Assembly: GCA_050273025.1 (NCBI GenBank)
Contig: CP158635.1
Location: 5,518,001-5,582,000 of the forward strand
DNA length: 64,000 nucleotides
Direction: 5' to 3'
DNA from: Cenococcum geophilum
Lineage: Eukaryota
In this document: positions 38,401 through 51,800 of the stretch, one piece after another
Numbering within the stretch: the first letter of the stretch is position 1
Layout: each line of letters begins with the position of its first letter
Translations under genes and position numbers: made by a program
The notes under the pieces: model-generated
Seen by the model: only the letters and a program-made list of their open reading frames with translations
The model's database searches: none
What the model was told of the DNA's origin: nothing

Positions 38401-40305
38401 ATTATATATTATCCGCAGACAGATAGTTAAACGGAAAGATTAAATTAGACACTAGAGTAGTATCTAAGATACTATATTAATTACGTATAGAATAATTAGG
38501 TATTGTTATTACTAGTTATATAGTTTATATATAATATAACACTATAAGAAGGAATAGGTATATTACCATTTAAGGCAAATTATGGATACGAGCTAAGAAT
38601 ATTATTATTGCTATATTAAGTAAAGAAAATAAGTAGTAGAGCTAAGTAAAGAATAGAGACTTTAATAAATCTTTATATAGACCTTATAGAAATAGCAAAA
38701 ACAGTATAGCAAAAAATAAAAAAGTATTATAATGCTAAGAGATCTAAGGGACTAGATCTTAAGGAGGGAGATAAAGTATAGCTACTATATAAAAATTTTA
38801 AGAGTTAATGACTAAGTAAGAAGTTAGACTATATTAAACTAGGACCTTTTAAAATTACTTAAAGAATTTTACCGGTTATATTTAAGTTAAACCTACCAGC
38901 CAAAATAAAGATCTACCCTATATAGTATATTACAATGCTAAAGCTAGTATATAGAAATATTAAGCTACCGGTTTATAAAGCAGATATGTATAAAGAATAA
39001 GAAGAGGACGAATAGTAGGTTTTAAAGATTATTAGTTATAAGGATATTAACGATAAAATATAGTATAAGGTAAAGTAAATAGGCTATAATAAGACTACTT
39101 AAGAGCCACTATAGAATTTAAAGAACGCTATAGGAAAGGTATAGGAGTATTAGAAGAAAATAGGTTAGGTAATATTAATAAAGAAAAATCACCAAAGAAC
39201 GCGTTACCTAAGGGGGACTTAGGAAGAGCGACTATTAAACTACTCGGAGTTATTTCCTTTAAGGGAGGAGAGTTAGTTCTCTTATTACTAAGTTCCTGTA
39301 GACCTTATTTTATAAGTTTCCACTCCTTAAAACAAACTTTCTTACGTACTTTCTTAAGACGAACTAGCTAAGTAGACGTCGCGATGCGAGTATCTAGGGC
39401 CTTCTATTCTACATCTTAAGAACGCTTAAGCTTAGCAAGGGCCTACGCTAGGTTACCGTCTAACTTTATAGCGATAGTTTAAACACAAGACCCTATAACA
39501 AATTACTTAGGGAACTTAAAGACTATTAAGAGTTATAGGATGCGTATATTTAGCGTTAAAAGTAAAATAAACGTCATAAGAGAAACGAATATTTGCTTTA
39601 GTATACTCTAAGTAAGAGGATAGTTGCCGAGATAAAGGACTCGCTAGCGCAATATAAACTAACCCCTTTCTTATATAACGAGAATATAGAGATAGTATAA
39701 TTTTACTAAGCGATAATATGGCAGCAATAGTGCGAGTACAACATTGCGCGTATAAAGAAGAAGAAGCTTTAGGTATAATAAGTAACAATATTAACCAAAT
39801 TAATTAGACGGACATTACACCTCTAGTAGATAACTTAAAGATATTAGGAATCTTTAAGGATAAAGATAAAGAGGAGGGAGATAGTATTACGGACGCTTTA
39901 AGTACAATATTATAACTACTTAGAGAAGAGTTAGAAGAAGCTAGTTAGTTAATATAAGTACGGTCTAGGATGGAACCCGTAGAACTATATAATAAAGGAT
40001 AGTAAGTAAGTTATATAATATGCTACGTATTAAATAAGAGGAATAAGAGGAACTTATATACCTTATATATAACACGTATATTATATATAAGAAGGATTTT
40101 ATAGAAGTATGGTTGTGTATTTAAGGACCCTTAATCCCTACCTAGATAGTTCCTTCCTTATAGTAATTCTTAGAATATAATTAGAGTTAATCTATTAGGC
40201 AACTACTCCACTAGTTATTATTACGTTGTTAACTTACTTATAATACCTACACACTTAGCCTATTAATAGGACCCACCGTAATACCTGCTACAAGGTTCCG
40301 TTATA
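32461..40305 (+). mobile_element. Full-length Ty3/Gypsy chromovirus (element E, 7845 bp), RIP-degenerate
   Basis: LTRs 32461..32877 and 39885..40305; TSD GTAAA (32456-32460, 40306-40310); PPT gaggagggagatag. Gag, long spacer, PR (VLVDSG ~35900), RT (LYIDYRQLN ~36565, VYLNDIIIY ~36860), RNase H, IN, chromodomain (~39000-39150). Confidence 0.96.
39180..39788 (-). pseudogene. Antisense accessory ORF of Gypsy E: RIP'd Zn2Cys6-like motif, predicted 55-bp intron (39493..39547), coiled-coil-like C-terminus
   Basis: Six Tyr codons (TAT/TAC, the RIP products of TGT/TGC) spaced Y-x2-Y-x6-Y-x13-Y-x2-Y-x8-Y at 39576..39686; same spacing at 57371..57481. Confidence 0.7.
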
Positions 40306-40678
40306 GTAAATCTTAGTTTTACTATTAAGTAAACTATATAATATAGTATTATAACTTATATACTTCTAATATATATAGCCTATTTATAAAAGCATTATAA
40401 TATCCCTATTAGTTCTATAATATATTTACTATATTACTAAAATATAATCTATAGAAATAATACAAGCTTTAGATTTAATAGATACTAATATAGAAAATAA
40501 TTAATTATTATAAGTAAATAGATAAGAGAGAATTAAAAGGCGTTAAATATACGCCTTAATACTTCTTTATACTAGCTAGTTATCTATACTCGCTATCTTA
40601 GCAATAAAGGCTATCTTAATAATAGAATAAGGTAAGATTACAGACTTGAAGCTATAATGCTCTACTAAATATAGATAT

Positions 40679-40888
40679 TGTCACGGGAGTCACCCACGTA
40701 CGTTCGTCCCGTAATACTTACACACGTCCTATAACTACCCCTATTTCTTTAACTACGTTAACTTAACCTATTCTATTTCCTTATCTAAATGTCTTTATAT
40801 TAACTACGCATAGTTACGCGTATATAGCCTTCTTAATTACTACCTCGTTTAGTATATTATATTCTAGTTTATGCCTACTTCCGTAACA
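40679..40888 (+). mobile_element. Solo LTR (210 bp), termini resemble the Gypsy A LTR
   Basis: TGTCACGGGA...CCGTAACA; TSD GATAT (40674-40678, 40889-40893). Confidence 0.9.
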
Positions 40889-42034
40889 GATATATATTAT
40901 ATTATATTTTAGGCCTTAAAGTCTCTATATACTAAATTCTAGTTAATAGCTTTATACCTATATATTAATATATTAGCTAATTAGGAAGTATACGCGAGTA
41001 GCTAGGTCTAGTTTATATAAAAGATTGTATTTTTTTTAATTAGTATTTTTTTTATAGGTGTGCTTATTATATGCTAGTTCCTATAGGGCTATTATCTAGT
41101 ATTTTTCTAGGTCTAGGCTATTAAATAAAGGGCGAGTTACTGTTAGGTGAAACCTAAGTAAATAGTTATATAGCCGTAAGGTATGGGCGACCCTGGGGCA
41201 ACCCAGGGGTGACTTGCCCGTAAGGCACGTGCGCTATACATACCTAGGGAAAACCCTTCCTACCTCGCACATAGACTCTTCCTTTTCCCTTAAGGATTCG
41301 TCTCTGTCTATACAATATACCTATTATTCTATTATTAGACTCCCTATCTATATTCTTACCTTATATTTAAATCCTTACTAATCCCCTTAGGAGGATAGCC
41401 GGTTTAATTTTTCTATAATGCCTTTAAAAAGAAAACTAACGCCTACACCTAACGGTAATACGCTAGCGACGCGACTGTAAAATGCCTTAGGATCTAGTAT
41501 AGACGAAACCTCTAGAAGCACACTAGTAGCATTTAAGCCACCTTCTAAACCTTAAAATAATTAAATATCTATAAATGCTAGAGACTAGTTTAACTTATAT
41601 ACCTAGGCTTAATAGGAGCTTAGTAAGGTTACTAGCGTCCTACCTAATACCGCTAATATAAAGGAGCTAGATAAGCTAGCTAAGAAAATAGCCAACTTAT
41701 AGAGTATTATTAATTTAATAAAGCCCTCCCGTTGCCTTGTTAGTAAAGAGTATAAGTTATATAGCGAACGTATACGCCGAATAAATCTTAATGCCCTAGT
41801 TAAAAAGTTACTACCTAATATTAGCGGTACTACTTAACAGTATTTTAACCGGTGGATCGCCGCAGTTAAAACCCGATTTAAGGTTAATAACGCTAACTAT
41901 AACTATAAGTAATGCACGCGCTAGGCCATTAAAGGTTTTATAAAAGAGAAAACAATTACCTAATTAGTTTATTGCCGGTTAGGCACTAAGGATAAGTGTC
42001 CTTTACTATAGGATAAGTTTAAGACTATAGTCTA

Positions 42035-42221
42035 TGTCACAGTACGTGCCGACTGTCAAGGTACGAGGTACGAGGTAACTGTATATCATTGACAAACGAT
42101 GTCGTGTGAGGATCTATGTAGGAGATGAGGCGGTATATATACACGTCGCTTAGGGGTCAGGTCTATGCTCGTGTCATGACAACACTGAGTCAAAACAACG
42201 TGTTAGGTTAGTGCCGTGACA
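42035..42221. mobile_element. Solo LTR (187 bp) inserted in the gag of Gypsy F
   Basis: TGTCAC...GTGACA; TSD GTCTA (42030-42034, 42222-42226). Confidence 0.92.
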
Positions 42222-45200
42222 GTCTAAGACCAGATTAGGAACCCTATAGTAAGACGCTTTAATAACGCTATAATATACTATATAGCTATTATAAAGGAGA
42301 ACTAGAGGTTTAATGTTTTCCTAACCTATATATATAGCTTAAAGGACCTCTTCTTATATACCCCTTTTGTTAATCCTAAACAATAGGTAGACTTTTAGTT
42401 CTTATATCTCCTAGCCTACCTATAAGCAGAGCTTTTCCGCTAGAACTTTACCTAATAGGTAAAAACTGCTAAAGACCTCTTTAACGAAATCCGCTATATA
42501 GAGCAATTACTTAATACTATAAAGCTCGCAAAAGATCGCGTAAGTAATAGCGGTAAATTATCGTATATAAAGCGCGGTTGTAGTATAAGCTTTATAGAGT
42601 TAGGCTTAGGGAACAAAACCTAAAAAGGGTGACGCTTTTTTAAGTAAACTCCTAGGGAAACTACCTAAAAGCTAGATAGCTTAGGGGACTTCTTAAACGC
42701 TAGTGCTACGTAGGCAAGTTAAAGGACCATAGGTAGCTACTGTAAGGAACACTAGAAGCAGGCTAATAAAGAGAAGTCGGCTCGGCCTTTGGAAAACCTA
42801 AAGCCCTAATAGCGTATCTCTTTTAACTGCAACTAGGGCCTAATATAGAGGGAAAAAAGAAACGCATTATGGTATATATTGCGATAGATATGCCCTAGGG
42901 TAAAGTCCGCCTATATACTTTATACAATAATAGGTACCAAATTAACCTTATTAATTAAGACGTCGTTTATAGGTTTAACCTACCTATATACTACGCGCTA
43001 TGTTTATATAAACCTATTATACATTTCCTTAATAGCAACTAGATAATAATTTAGGATACTTATAATCTAACGGTTACTACTAGCGACTCCTAGGGTACCT
43101 CTCGCACTATTAGTCCGCAGACCTTTTAGGGCGGCTTATTTAATAGTTACGATATAGTTCTTAAATAGGATTAGCTCGCGGAAGCAGATCTATTAATTAG
43201 CTTCCATTCTAGATAGTTTATCTAAGGTACTTTGGACCCTAGACGCCTCTAAATAGTTACCCTTAATACTCTCCTAGCAGATATTAAGGCTGGCAAAATA
43301 GTCTATTTACTATAGCTAGAAGACTCCTTTTTTATACTAGTTATAAATATAATAGAGGACCTATTATTGCTGGCAGCGAGTACCTATGTAGACCCTCTAG
43401 ACGTAGAGATACTGGTTATAAATATAGTAAAGGACTTACCGTTACTAGCAGTAAGTACCTATAAAGACCCTCTAATGCTAGCGCAGATTACCTATATATA
43501 AGGGGGAGGTAATTAAAACCCTAAAACTATTAAGTATACTGCAGTAAAGCTATATACACTCTTAGTGTAAGTATACCTATAAAACGCATATTAGCTGCAC
43601 CCTTTTCTTTACTAGCTCCTAGAAGCACACTACTACGCAATAATTACTTCGACCTCTGTAGCCCCTAGCTTACTAGATATATATAAGAAGGAAATTAATA
43701 TCTTTTTAAATAAGCTAGTAAGTATACTACTGTAGAACTCTAAGTATAACCATACAATTAACTTAGAAGAAGGCAAAACGCCACTATAAATGCCCCTCTA
43801 TAACCTCTTATAAAAAGAGTTATAAATCTTATAAGAGTACCTAAATAGTGCTCTTAAAAAGGGCTGGATTAGGCCTAGCAAGTTACCTACTAGAGCGCCT
43901 ATCCTCTTTATACTAAAAGCAGACGGTATAATACGGCTATACGTTAACTATAGACGCCTAAATAAGATTACAATTAAAAATTGGTACCCCCTACCGCTAG
44001 TTAGCGAACTCTTTAATAGGCTTAGCTATACAAAGATATTTATAAAGCTAAATCTTTATAATGCGTACTATAGGATTTATATTAAAAAGGGAGATAAATA
44101 AAAGACCGTATTTAAAATACGCTATAGTTACTTTAAGTACCTAGTAATACCCTTTAGTTTTACTAACGCCCCTATGACTTTCTAAAGCTATATTTATAAA
44201 TCTCTAGAAACCCTAGTAAATACTATCTATATAGTTTACCTAGATAATATTCTTATCTACTTAAATAATAAGGACAAGCACGTTAAGCACGTTAAGCAGG
44301 TACTGCGATAGCTTTGCGCTTGGGGCCTATACGCCAAACTATTAAAATATATTTTTATACTAAGAACGTTAAGTTCCTAGGCTTTATTATTACCCCTAGG
44401 GGTATTTTAATAAACCCTAACCGCGTAAAAGCTATTAAGGAATAGCCTAAGCCTAAGTCCTATAGGGACATCTAGGTTTTCCTTAGCTTTGCCAACTTCT
44501 ATAGGCGATTTATCTAAAACTACTCGGATACTATATACCCCCTATATATATATCTTACATAGGCATATCGCGACCCAACGTTAGATAGGGAGAAGAAGAA
44601 AAAGCATAAGTTAAAAGGGCCCACTAAATGGTATTAACCTTAGTTCTAGCCTAATAATGTATAGTAGGCGTTCCGTAAGCTACGCGCTATATTTATATAG
44701 GCTTCTCTACTTCACTACTTTAACCCTAATTTACCCCTAATAGTAATTACTAACGCTTCTAACTATACCTATAGTGGTATACTTCTATAGCCTTTAGGGT
44801 AGAAAGATTAACTCTACTAGCACCTAATTGCTTATTATGGTTAGAAGCTTACTAGCCTAAAAGTATAGTATAATACGTATAACAAAGAACTACTCGCTAT
44901 AGTATAATACTTTAAAATGTAGCGCCATTACCTTAAATACGCCGCGTATATAACGCGCGTGCTTTACAATTATAATAATCTTAGGTACTTTATAACCACT
45001 AAGAGCTTATCTACTTACTAGGCCTAGTATATTAAAGAACTAGCTAAGTTTAATTTTAAGATTAAATATAAGCTAGGTAAGATAAATCTTACTAATATAC
45101 TATCCTGGCGCCCGAATTATACTAAAGGCTTTAAAGATAGTAGTAAGAGGATAATCCTTAATGCTATACTACCTATATTGTAGCAAAAGTTGCGAGTTAT

Positions 45201-45831
45201 AGGCCTTATAGGTGGCCCTAGTGCTACTATACTAAACTAGTAAGTAGCATATATATAGTATATAAGCGACCCTTATAAACTTGGCGCCGGCGGACTAGAG
45301 CGTCCTACTATTCTCTCTAAGACTACTTTAACTAACCTAATAGCGCTTAACCCTAAGGAAAACCCCTTAGCCTAGGCTATGGTCCCCTATAATAACCCGG
45401 CGAGTTACCTACGCATTATACGTTACTTTACTGGCACTAACTTTACGTAGAGTCTCGTGCTATGGTAAGAGGTAGTAGTAGCTACTTTAGCCAAAATGGT
45501 GTTTATGGAATAACCCCCTAAGTTACTAGTTAATTTTATTTATAGAGTATAAAAAAGGGACGCCTTTATACGCTCTATATATAATTAGTTAACTTAGGGA
45601 TAAGTTTCTACCGGTAATAAGAACTGTACCCTTAATAATTAAGGACTCCTAAGGTAAAATACTAAGGTCTAGGTGCTAAATTGTATACTACTATAATAGG
45701 AGATCCTATAGGCGGCCACTATAGTTTTAACTATACTTTTAAGGTAATTACGCGAAAGTATACTTAGAACGGCCTTACCTAGGACCTCTATAAATACCTA
45801 GATAATTATAATACCTACTAACACTCTAAAT

Positions 45832-48800
45832 TGTAACGGAACCTTATAGCAAGTACTACGGTGGGTTCGTTATTGGGCTAGGTATATAGGTAAAGCAAAT
45901 TAAGTCAACAACGTAATAATAACTGGTGGAGTGGTTGCCTAACAGATTAACTCCAATTATATTCTAAGAATTACTACGAGAAAGGAACTATCTAGGTAGG
46001 GACTAAGGGTCCTTAAATACACAACCGTACTCCTAAGAAAGTTGTTGCTCTATCTGCTCTGTCTGCTCTGTTCGCTCTATTATAGATCTCGCAGATTATA
46101 CAGATTATACAGATTATATCACGTGACCTTGCTTACCATTCCTCGTCATATGGTTCCACGGGTTCCAACCTAGACCGTGCCTGTATTAACTAACTAGCTT
46201 CTTCCGACTCCTCTCCAAGTAGTCGTAACATCGTACTTAAAGCGTCCGTAACACCATCTCCCTCCTCTCCATCTTCGTCCTCGAAGATACCTAGCATCTC
46301 CAGGTCGTATACTAGAGGTGTGCGTAAAGATTCATCAAAGTCTCCATTCTTTGCTTGGCTTTGCTACTTGTCTTCTTTGCTTAACGTGGCGATAATGATG
46401 TTCTTAGCTTATATCCATAATTCGCCTTAAATGGTGACGTGCCTATTCCTTCTTATGGTGTTGCATTGTATATAAACTATGTAACTGGTAATAGTAATAC
46501 CTAATTGTTCTGTGCGTAATTGATATAGTGCCTTAGATACTGCTCTAGTGTCTAGTTTAATCTTTTCGTTTAACTGTCTGTCTGCGGATAATATGCGGTG
46601 GAAGTTACTGCTTGAACCCCTTGCTCTGCTAAGAATACTTCCTAGAATACTACTATAAATCTTAGATCTCTGTCCGATATAATCTTGCTTAGTGCTCTAT
46701 ATCTTGCGAACACTTCTTTAACATAGATTCTAGCGACATCTTCCGCTAAGATTTCCTCTATGCATGCTATAAAGTATCCCTACTTTGTTAGCTTATCTAC
46801 TATTACTAAGATTATGTTATAATCTTATCCGGTAATAGGGTCTCTTAATTTTAGCAACTTAATAATAAAGTCCCACAATATAACTTCCTATGGTCTCTCT
46901 GGTATTTTAATAGGTTATAGCCCTCTATATAGCTTATACCTCGTTAATTTATTTCTTTAGCAATTTAGATATTCCTTTATGACTTATCTTGCTAGTCCCT
47001 AGATTCTATTAATAATGTACTCTTCTTATAGTCTTAACACTAAGCCCGTAGCTCCGTTATGTCCTTAAGTTAGTCCCTTATAAAATGACTTAATAAACTC
47101 CTTTGCAATAGACCTTGGTACGTATATTACTTCTTAGTTTTCGTACTACTCTAAGTCTGGATCCTCTGCCTGTGCTTCTTAGATCTTTTATAACCATTTA
47201 CTCTCTAGTAATTTATGGGTCTAATTAGTTTCTCTTATTACTGCGATTTTCGGATAGTTGTATCTAATTAATCCGTCTGTATCTTTTCGCAGTAAAGCCC
47301 CTAATGGCTTTTTGTTATTCTATAGTTTAGCTTTTCTACTTAGAGCATCTGCTCGTGCATTGTCTGTACCCTTGGTATGCTAAATCTTAAAATAGTATTC
47401 TATAAGCATCTCTGCCCATCTAACTTATCTTTAATTAAGTTCTTTTGTTGTTAGGAACCCCATTAGGTTCTTATAATCCGTTTTAACTATAAATAGTTTC
47501 TCTATGCCTTGTAAGAATGCTCTCTATTCCTAAAGTACTATAACTATACCTAATAACTCCTTGTTATAGATGTTATAGTTTAGTTCTGGTGGTATTATCT
47601 TCCGACTATAGTATGCCACTAGGTGCTATCCATCCTTATATTTCTATAGGAAGCACGCCCCTAGTGTAAAGTCTAATACATCCGTTTCGACCACTATCTC
47701 TAACTTTAGTTAGTAGATTTTGAGGATTAGTTCTTAAGTGAATAACTCCTTAACCTCCTTAAATAGTTTCCTCTGTTCTTTTCTCTATACCCAAGGTTCT
47801 TCTTTCTTTATTAATCTTATAAATAGCTTGATGTCCTTTAACTATTGAGCTATAAACCTTCTATAGTAATTACAAAACCCTAGAAATAACCTTAACTATA
47901 TTATATTCTCTAGTTCTTACTAATTTACTATAGCCTCGATCTTCTTTGGATCTATACTAAGTTAGCCTAGTTTAATAATAAATCCGACGAAATTGGTCTT
48001 CCTAGTGAAGAACTCGCATTTCTTAATTGCTACTGGTATCTGTTCTTTTTATAGTCTCTCTAAAACCTATTTAATGTGTTTTCCGTGCTCTTCCTTATTT
48101 ATTAAGTAGATAATAATATCGTTAAGGTATGCTATAATAAACTTATCCAAGTATTTTCTTAATATATTATTAATACGCTTCTAGAACGTTGCTAGTACGT
48201 TTATAAGCCCGAATTGTATAACTAATGGCTTATATAGTCCTTCCTTTGACCTAAAAGCTGCCTTCTATTTATTGCCTTCCTTAATTCTAATCTAATGGTA
48301 CGCCCATCTTAGATCTATCTTTGTAAAGATTTATGCATTACCAATCCTATCTTAGATTTCGCTAATTAAGGGTAAAGGATACCTATCCTTTCTAGTGATA
48401 CTATTTAACTGTCTATAGTTAATGTATAGCCTAAGTTTTCCATTTTTCTTTAGGACGAATAGTACTGGATAACCCGCTAATAACTGTGATAGTCTAATAT
48501 ATCCCTTTCGTAAGTTCTCCTAGATAAACTCTTTAAGTGCTCTTCCTTCCTCTTTGGTAAGCTTATAGATTGGAAAGAACCTTAGACTTATTCCTGGTTC
48601 TAATTCTATTTTATAGTCCTATGCTGTATATTTTAACAGCTTTTCACTTTCTGGTAACTATAGTTTCTTACTGTACTTGTGGTATCTCCTTAGTACATAA
48701 CTTAGTCCTTTTTCTGTTTCCTTATAGGTCGCTCCTACTTAGTACTATACTAACTTGGCTTATTATTGTATCTTATAGCGTTAAGTATCTCTAATATCGA

Positions 48801-51800
48801 CCTAACCTGTAATCTAATCGATTTTTGGATTGTATTTCTGTAACTAAGGCATTCCTAACACTGCTTTATTATTCCCTAATAGTAATATATTAAAAGACAT
48901 TTTAACTAGTCTTCCTTTAATGGTTAGCTGAATAGGTCCTATTTTAAGATTAATAATGCCTCCTTTATAGGCTATTGGATCTCCTAAAATCGTTACTAAT
49001 AGGTAAGGGTGTTCCTTTTGTCTGTATAGTAACCCTATTCTTTTAACTGCTATTAGCGAGATATAGTTTCTTATTACTCCACTATCTATTAATGCCTTAA
49101 ACTACTGATCTTACCATTTAACTCGTAAATTTAGGTATTGTCCTTAAATTCCTTTAAGGGTCTAAGGCTCTACTACTGGTTCCCTCTGGTCCCGTGGGCC
49201 TTTACTTTTCCTAACTATTAGCTGCTTGATCCTATTTATACTTAGTCCAACTTAGGCCAATACTTAGTTCGCTTTTTGTCTTTAATATACTATAGATAGG
49301 TATTTTCTGGATATTCCTACTATTATCGTCCATCTAGGTATTCTTCCGTAAGAAATCTTCCTAATTAAAGTATTAAGTCTCCCTGTTCTTAAACTTCTAC
49401 TAAATGCCAACTATATATATACTTAGCGTTTTGGTATTTCGCCTTATCCGTTATCTAATACATTCTTATTAAATACTTTTAATTTTTATTCTTTGGTGCT
49501 CTATATATATTATACGTATTATCCACGCATGCTATCTATAATAGTATATAATAAGCTTAATGTTTTAGGTTAACTCTTAGCTTGTCTTTATTTTTAAGTT
49601 TAAACCTTTCTTGTGTTAATTTAAGCGTCGCGACTTTGTTTATAGGTACTAAGATTTACCTCTTACTTCTCTAGTCCTCTAATTACTCCTTTAGATCCTT
49701 TAACGTTATAATTAAGGCTCCCTTAATATAAGTTATAGCCTTCTCTATAATTAGGTGGTTTTAAATAACTTTTTTATCTAACTACATGTAGAAATCTTCC
49801 TACTTATTATTATGCCTTTACCTATACCACTTTTAGTACAGTTACTTAAGTATATACGGTTGGTCCGTAAGGAAGTATCTTTTTATTACTGCGTCGTAAC
49901 AACCTTTAGTGTGTTGTTCCTTAAACCTAGTTAGAATCCCTAGATCCTCTTCTTGTTCCAGTTTAGTAAGCCACTTGGCCCTTAGTATGCCTATTTTCGG
50001 CCTATTAGTAATTCTTTGTACTAGCGCTCTGTCCCTTATACGTCCCAATATGCTAGATCTTTTATTTAGTTTCTGTTCTTGCTATAAGGTAATTCTCGCT
50101 CTAAATTCCTCTATAGTTTCTTTTCTTTTGCGTCTTGCGAGTAGATCCTTAAAGTCTTTATGCTTTTTAATTATAGTATTAAATTTTTAATCTTTAGGCT
50201 GAATACTGCGTTCCCCTGGTAAGTCTTCTGGGTCTATATATTGGTCTCCTAATCTAACTGCTGTTTATATTATAGATTCTCTAATCTATAACGAAGCTCC
50301 TTACCTCTTGCCTATGGGTGTCCTTATTTATACTCTAAAATCTTGGTCCCTTAGATTCTTTAATCCTAAGCTTACTTCTAACTTAAGCTTAGCTCCCGCC
50401 TTAGTCCAATTAGGCGTCCGTAGTGTTCTTATCTTGTCTTAAGAGTCTTAAATCTCACTTATCTCGTCTTAAGAGTCTTATGCCTGTGGGAAACTCTATC
50501 CTAAGCTTATTTGTATATTTCTGAACTAAGCTACTACCCTACTCTATTGGTTTTTGTCCGTTGTGGGTCCTTAGGTGTGCCTTATTTTGTCTTAAGAATC
50601 TTAGTTATCTCTTATCTCGTCTTAAGAATCTTAAGCCTTTGGCCTTTTGCCTTTATTAAGTGGTAAGCTAGCACTAGCAGTCGTCTGCTTACTTAATTAT
50701 CTTTAGATATTACTTTTTCCGTCTTATAAAGCGATGGATACCGTATCTAATAGTGTTATAGTGCCCGTTACTAAACCTTACTCTATAGCGGTTTCGGTCT
50801 CTACTTTTATCGCGTTATTAAGGTTTAGATACCCCTAGTTAGCTCCCTTACTATCCTTATCGCTATTAATTAATAAGTACTCTAACTCTATTATTATTGT
50901 TACTAATTTTTGTCTATATATTACTGTAATATCTTAATCCAGCTTATAGAGTTAATCTTATTCTTTATCTAACTCTTAAGTCCCTTTAAGTTTTCTTAAC
51001 TCTGGTTCTTGTGGCTAATAGCTTACGCTATACTTAGCGTCTTTATAAATTTGGTATGCGTTATTATAACAAAACGCGAAACTTCTAATTAAACACTCTT
51101 TTGTTCCTTGTAGTATACTATTATCCCTCTATACGTATATATCTTCTACTATTAGTCTAGTTCCCTTTATTATATAGTAACTTTAACTATCTTTATAATC
51201 CCTTACGAAATAACCTTATTTCCTATAATTTATATAAGCTCTATCTCTAAACTACTAACTCTATTATAGAGTCCGCCTAAACGTCTTCTACTAATAAGAT
51301 TCCTGGTTTGGCCTATGCTCCTTAGTCCTATAATTACTAGATCCTTAACCTCTAGGTTTCTATAGTTTCTTATTTTATCTCTTATAGGTTTCTTTAGTAC
51401 CGCTTAGGTCTATTGGCTCTGCGCCATACCATAGTTTTTAACTTGGCTTTTATTGTTGCGTATTCTACGCCTTATATAACTATAGAACTCTGTCCTAACC
51501 CTTTTTAGCCTATTCCCTTTAGAAGATCCTATTGTTAATCTTAATCGCCTAATTAATTAATTCCCTTAGGGTGTCCGCATTTTCTATCAGAATAATTGCG
51601 TCCTAGACTTTAGCCTTAAGTCCCTATTTATACTGTGCTATAAGCGCCCTATTATTCCATTCGACCTATATAGTAAGTGTTTAAAACTATGTCATATACT
51701 TAATTACTAAAGTTCGCTGTATTAGGTTTTAAAGCTTTTTCTTTACTGTTGTCGTTGCTTCTGGGTCCCCGAATATCTATATTAATTATTCCGCGAATCC

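Larger units (their letters stand above)
32019..40673 (+). mobile_element. Putative Tc1/mariner-type DNA transposon remnant interrupted by Gypsy E
   Basis: TA|CACAGGCC start at the RIP boundary. RIP'd ORF from ATG ~32272 (MPGLLREEFADTS*LEKARAIIESVEL) continues past the Gypsy E TSD. Family assignment is tentative. Confidence 0.4.
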
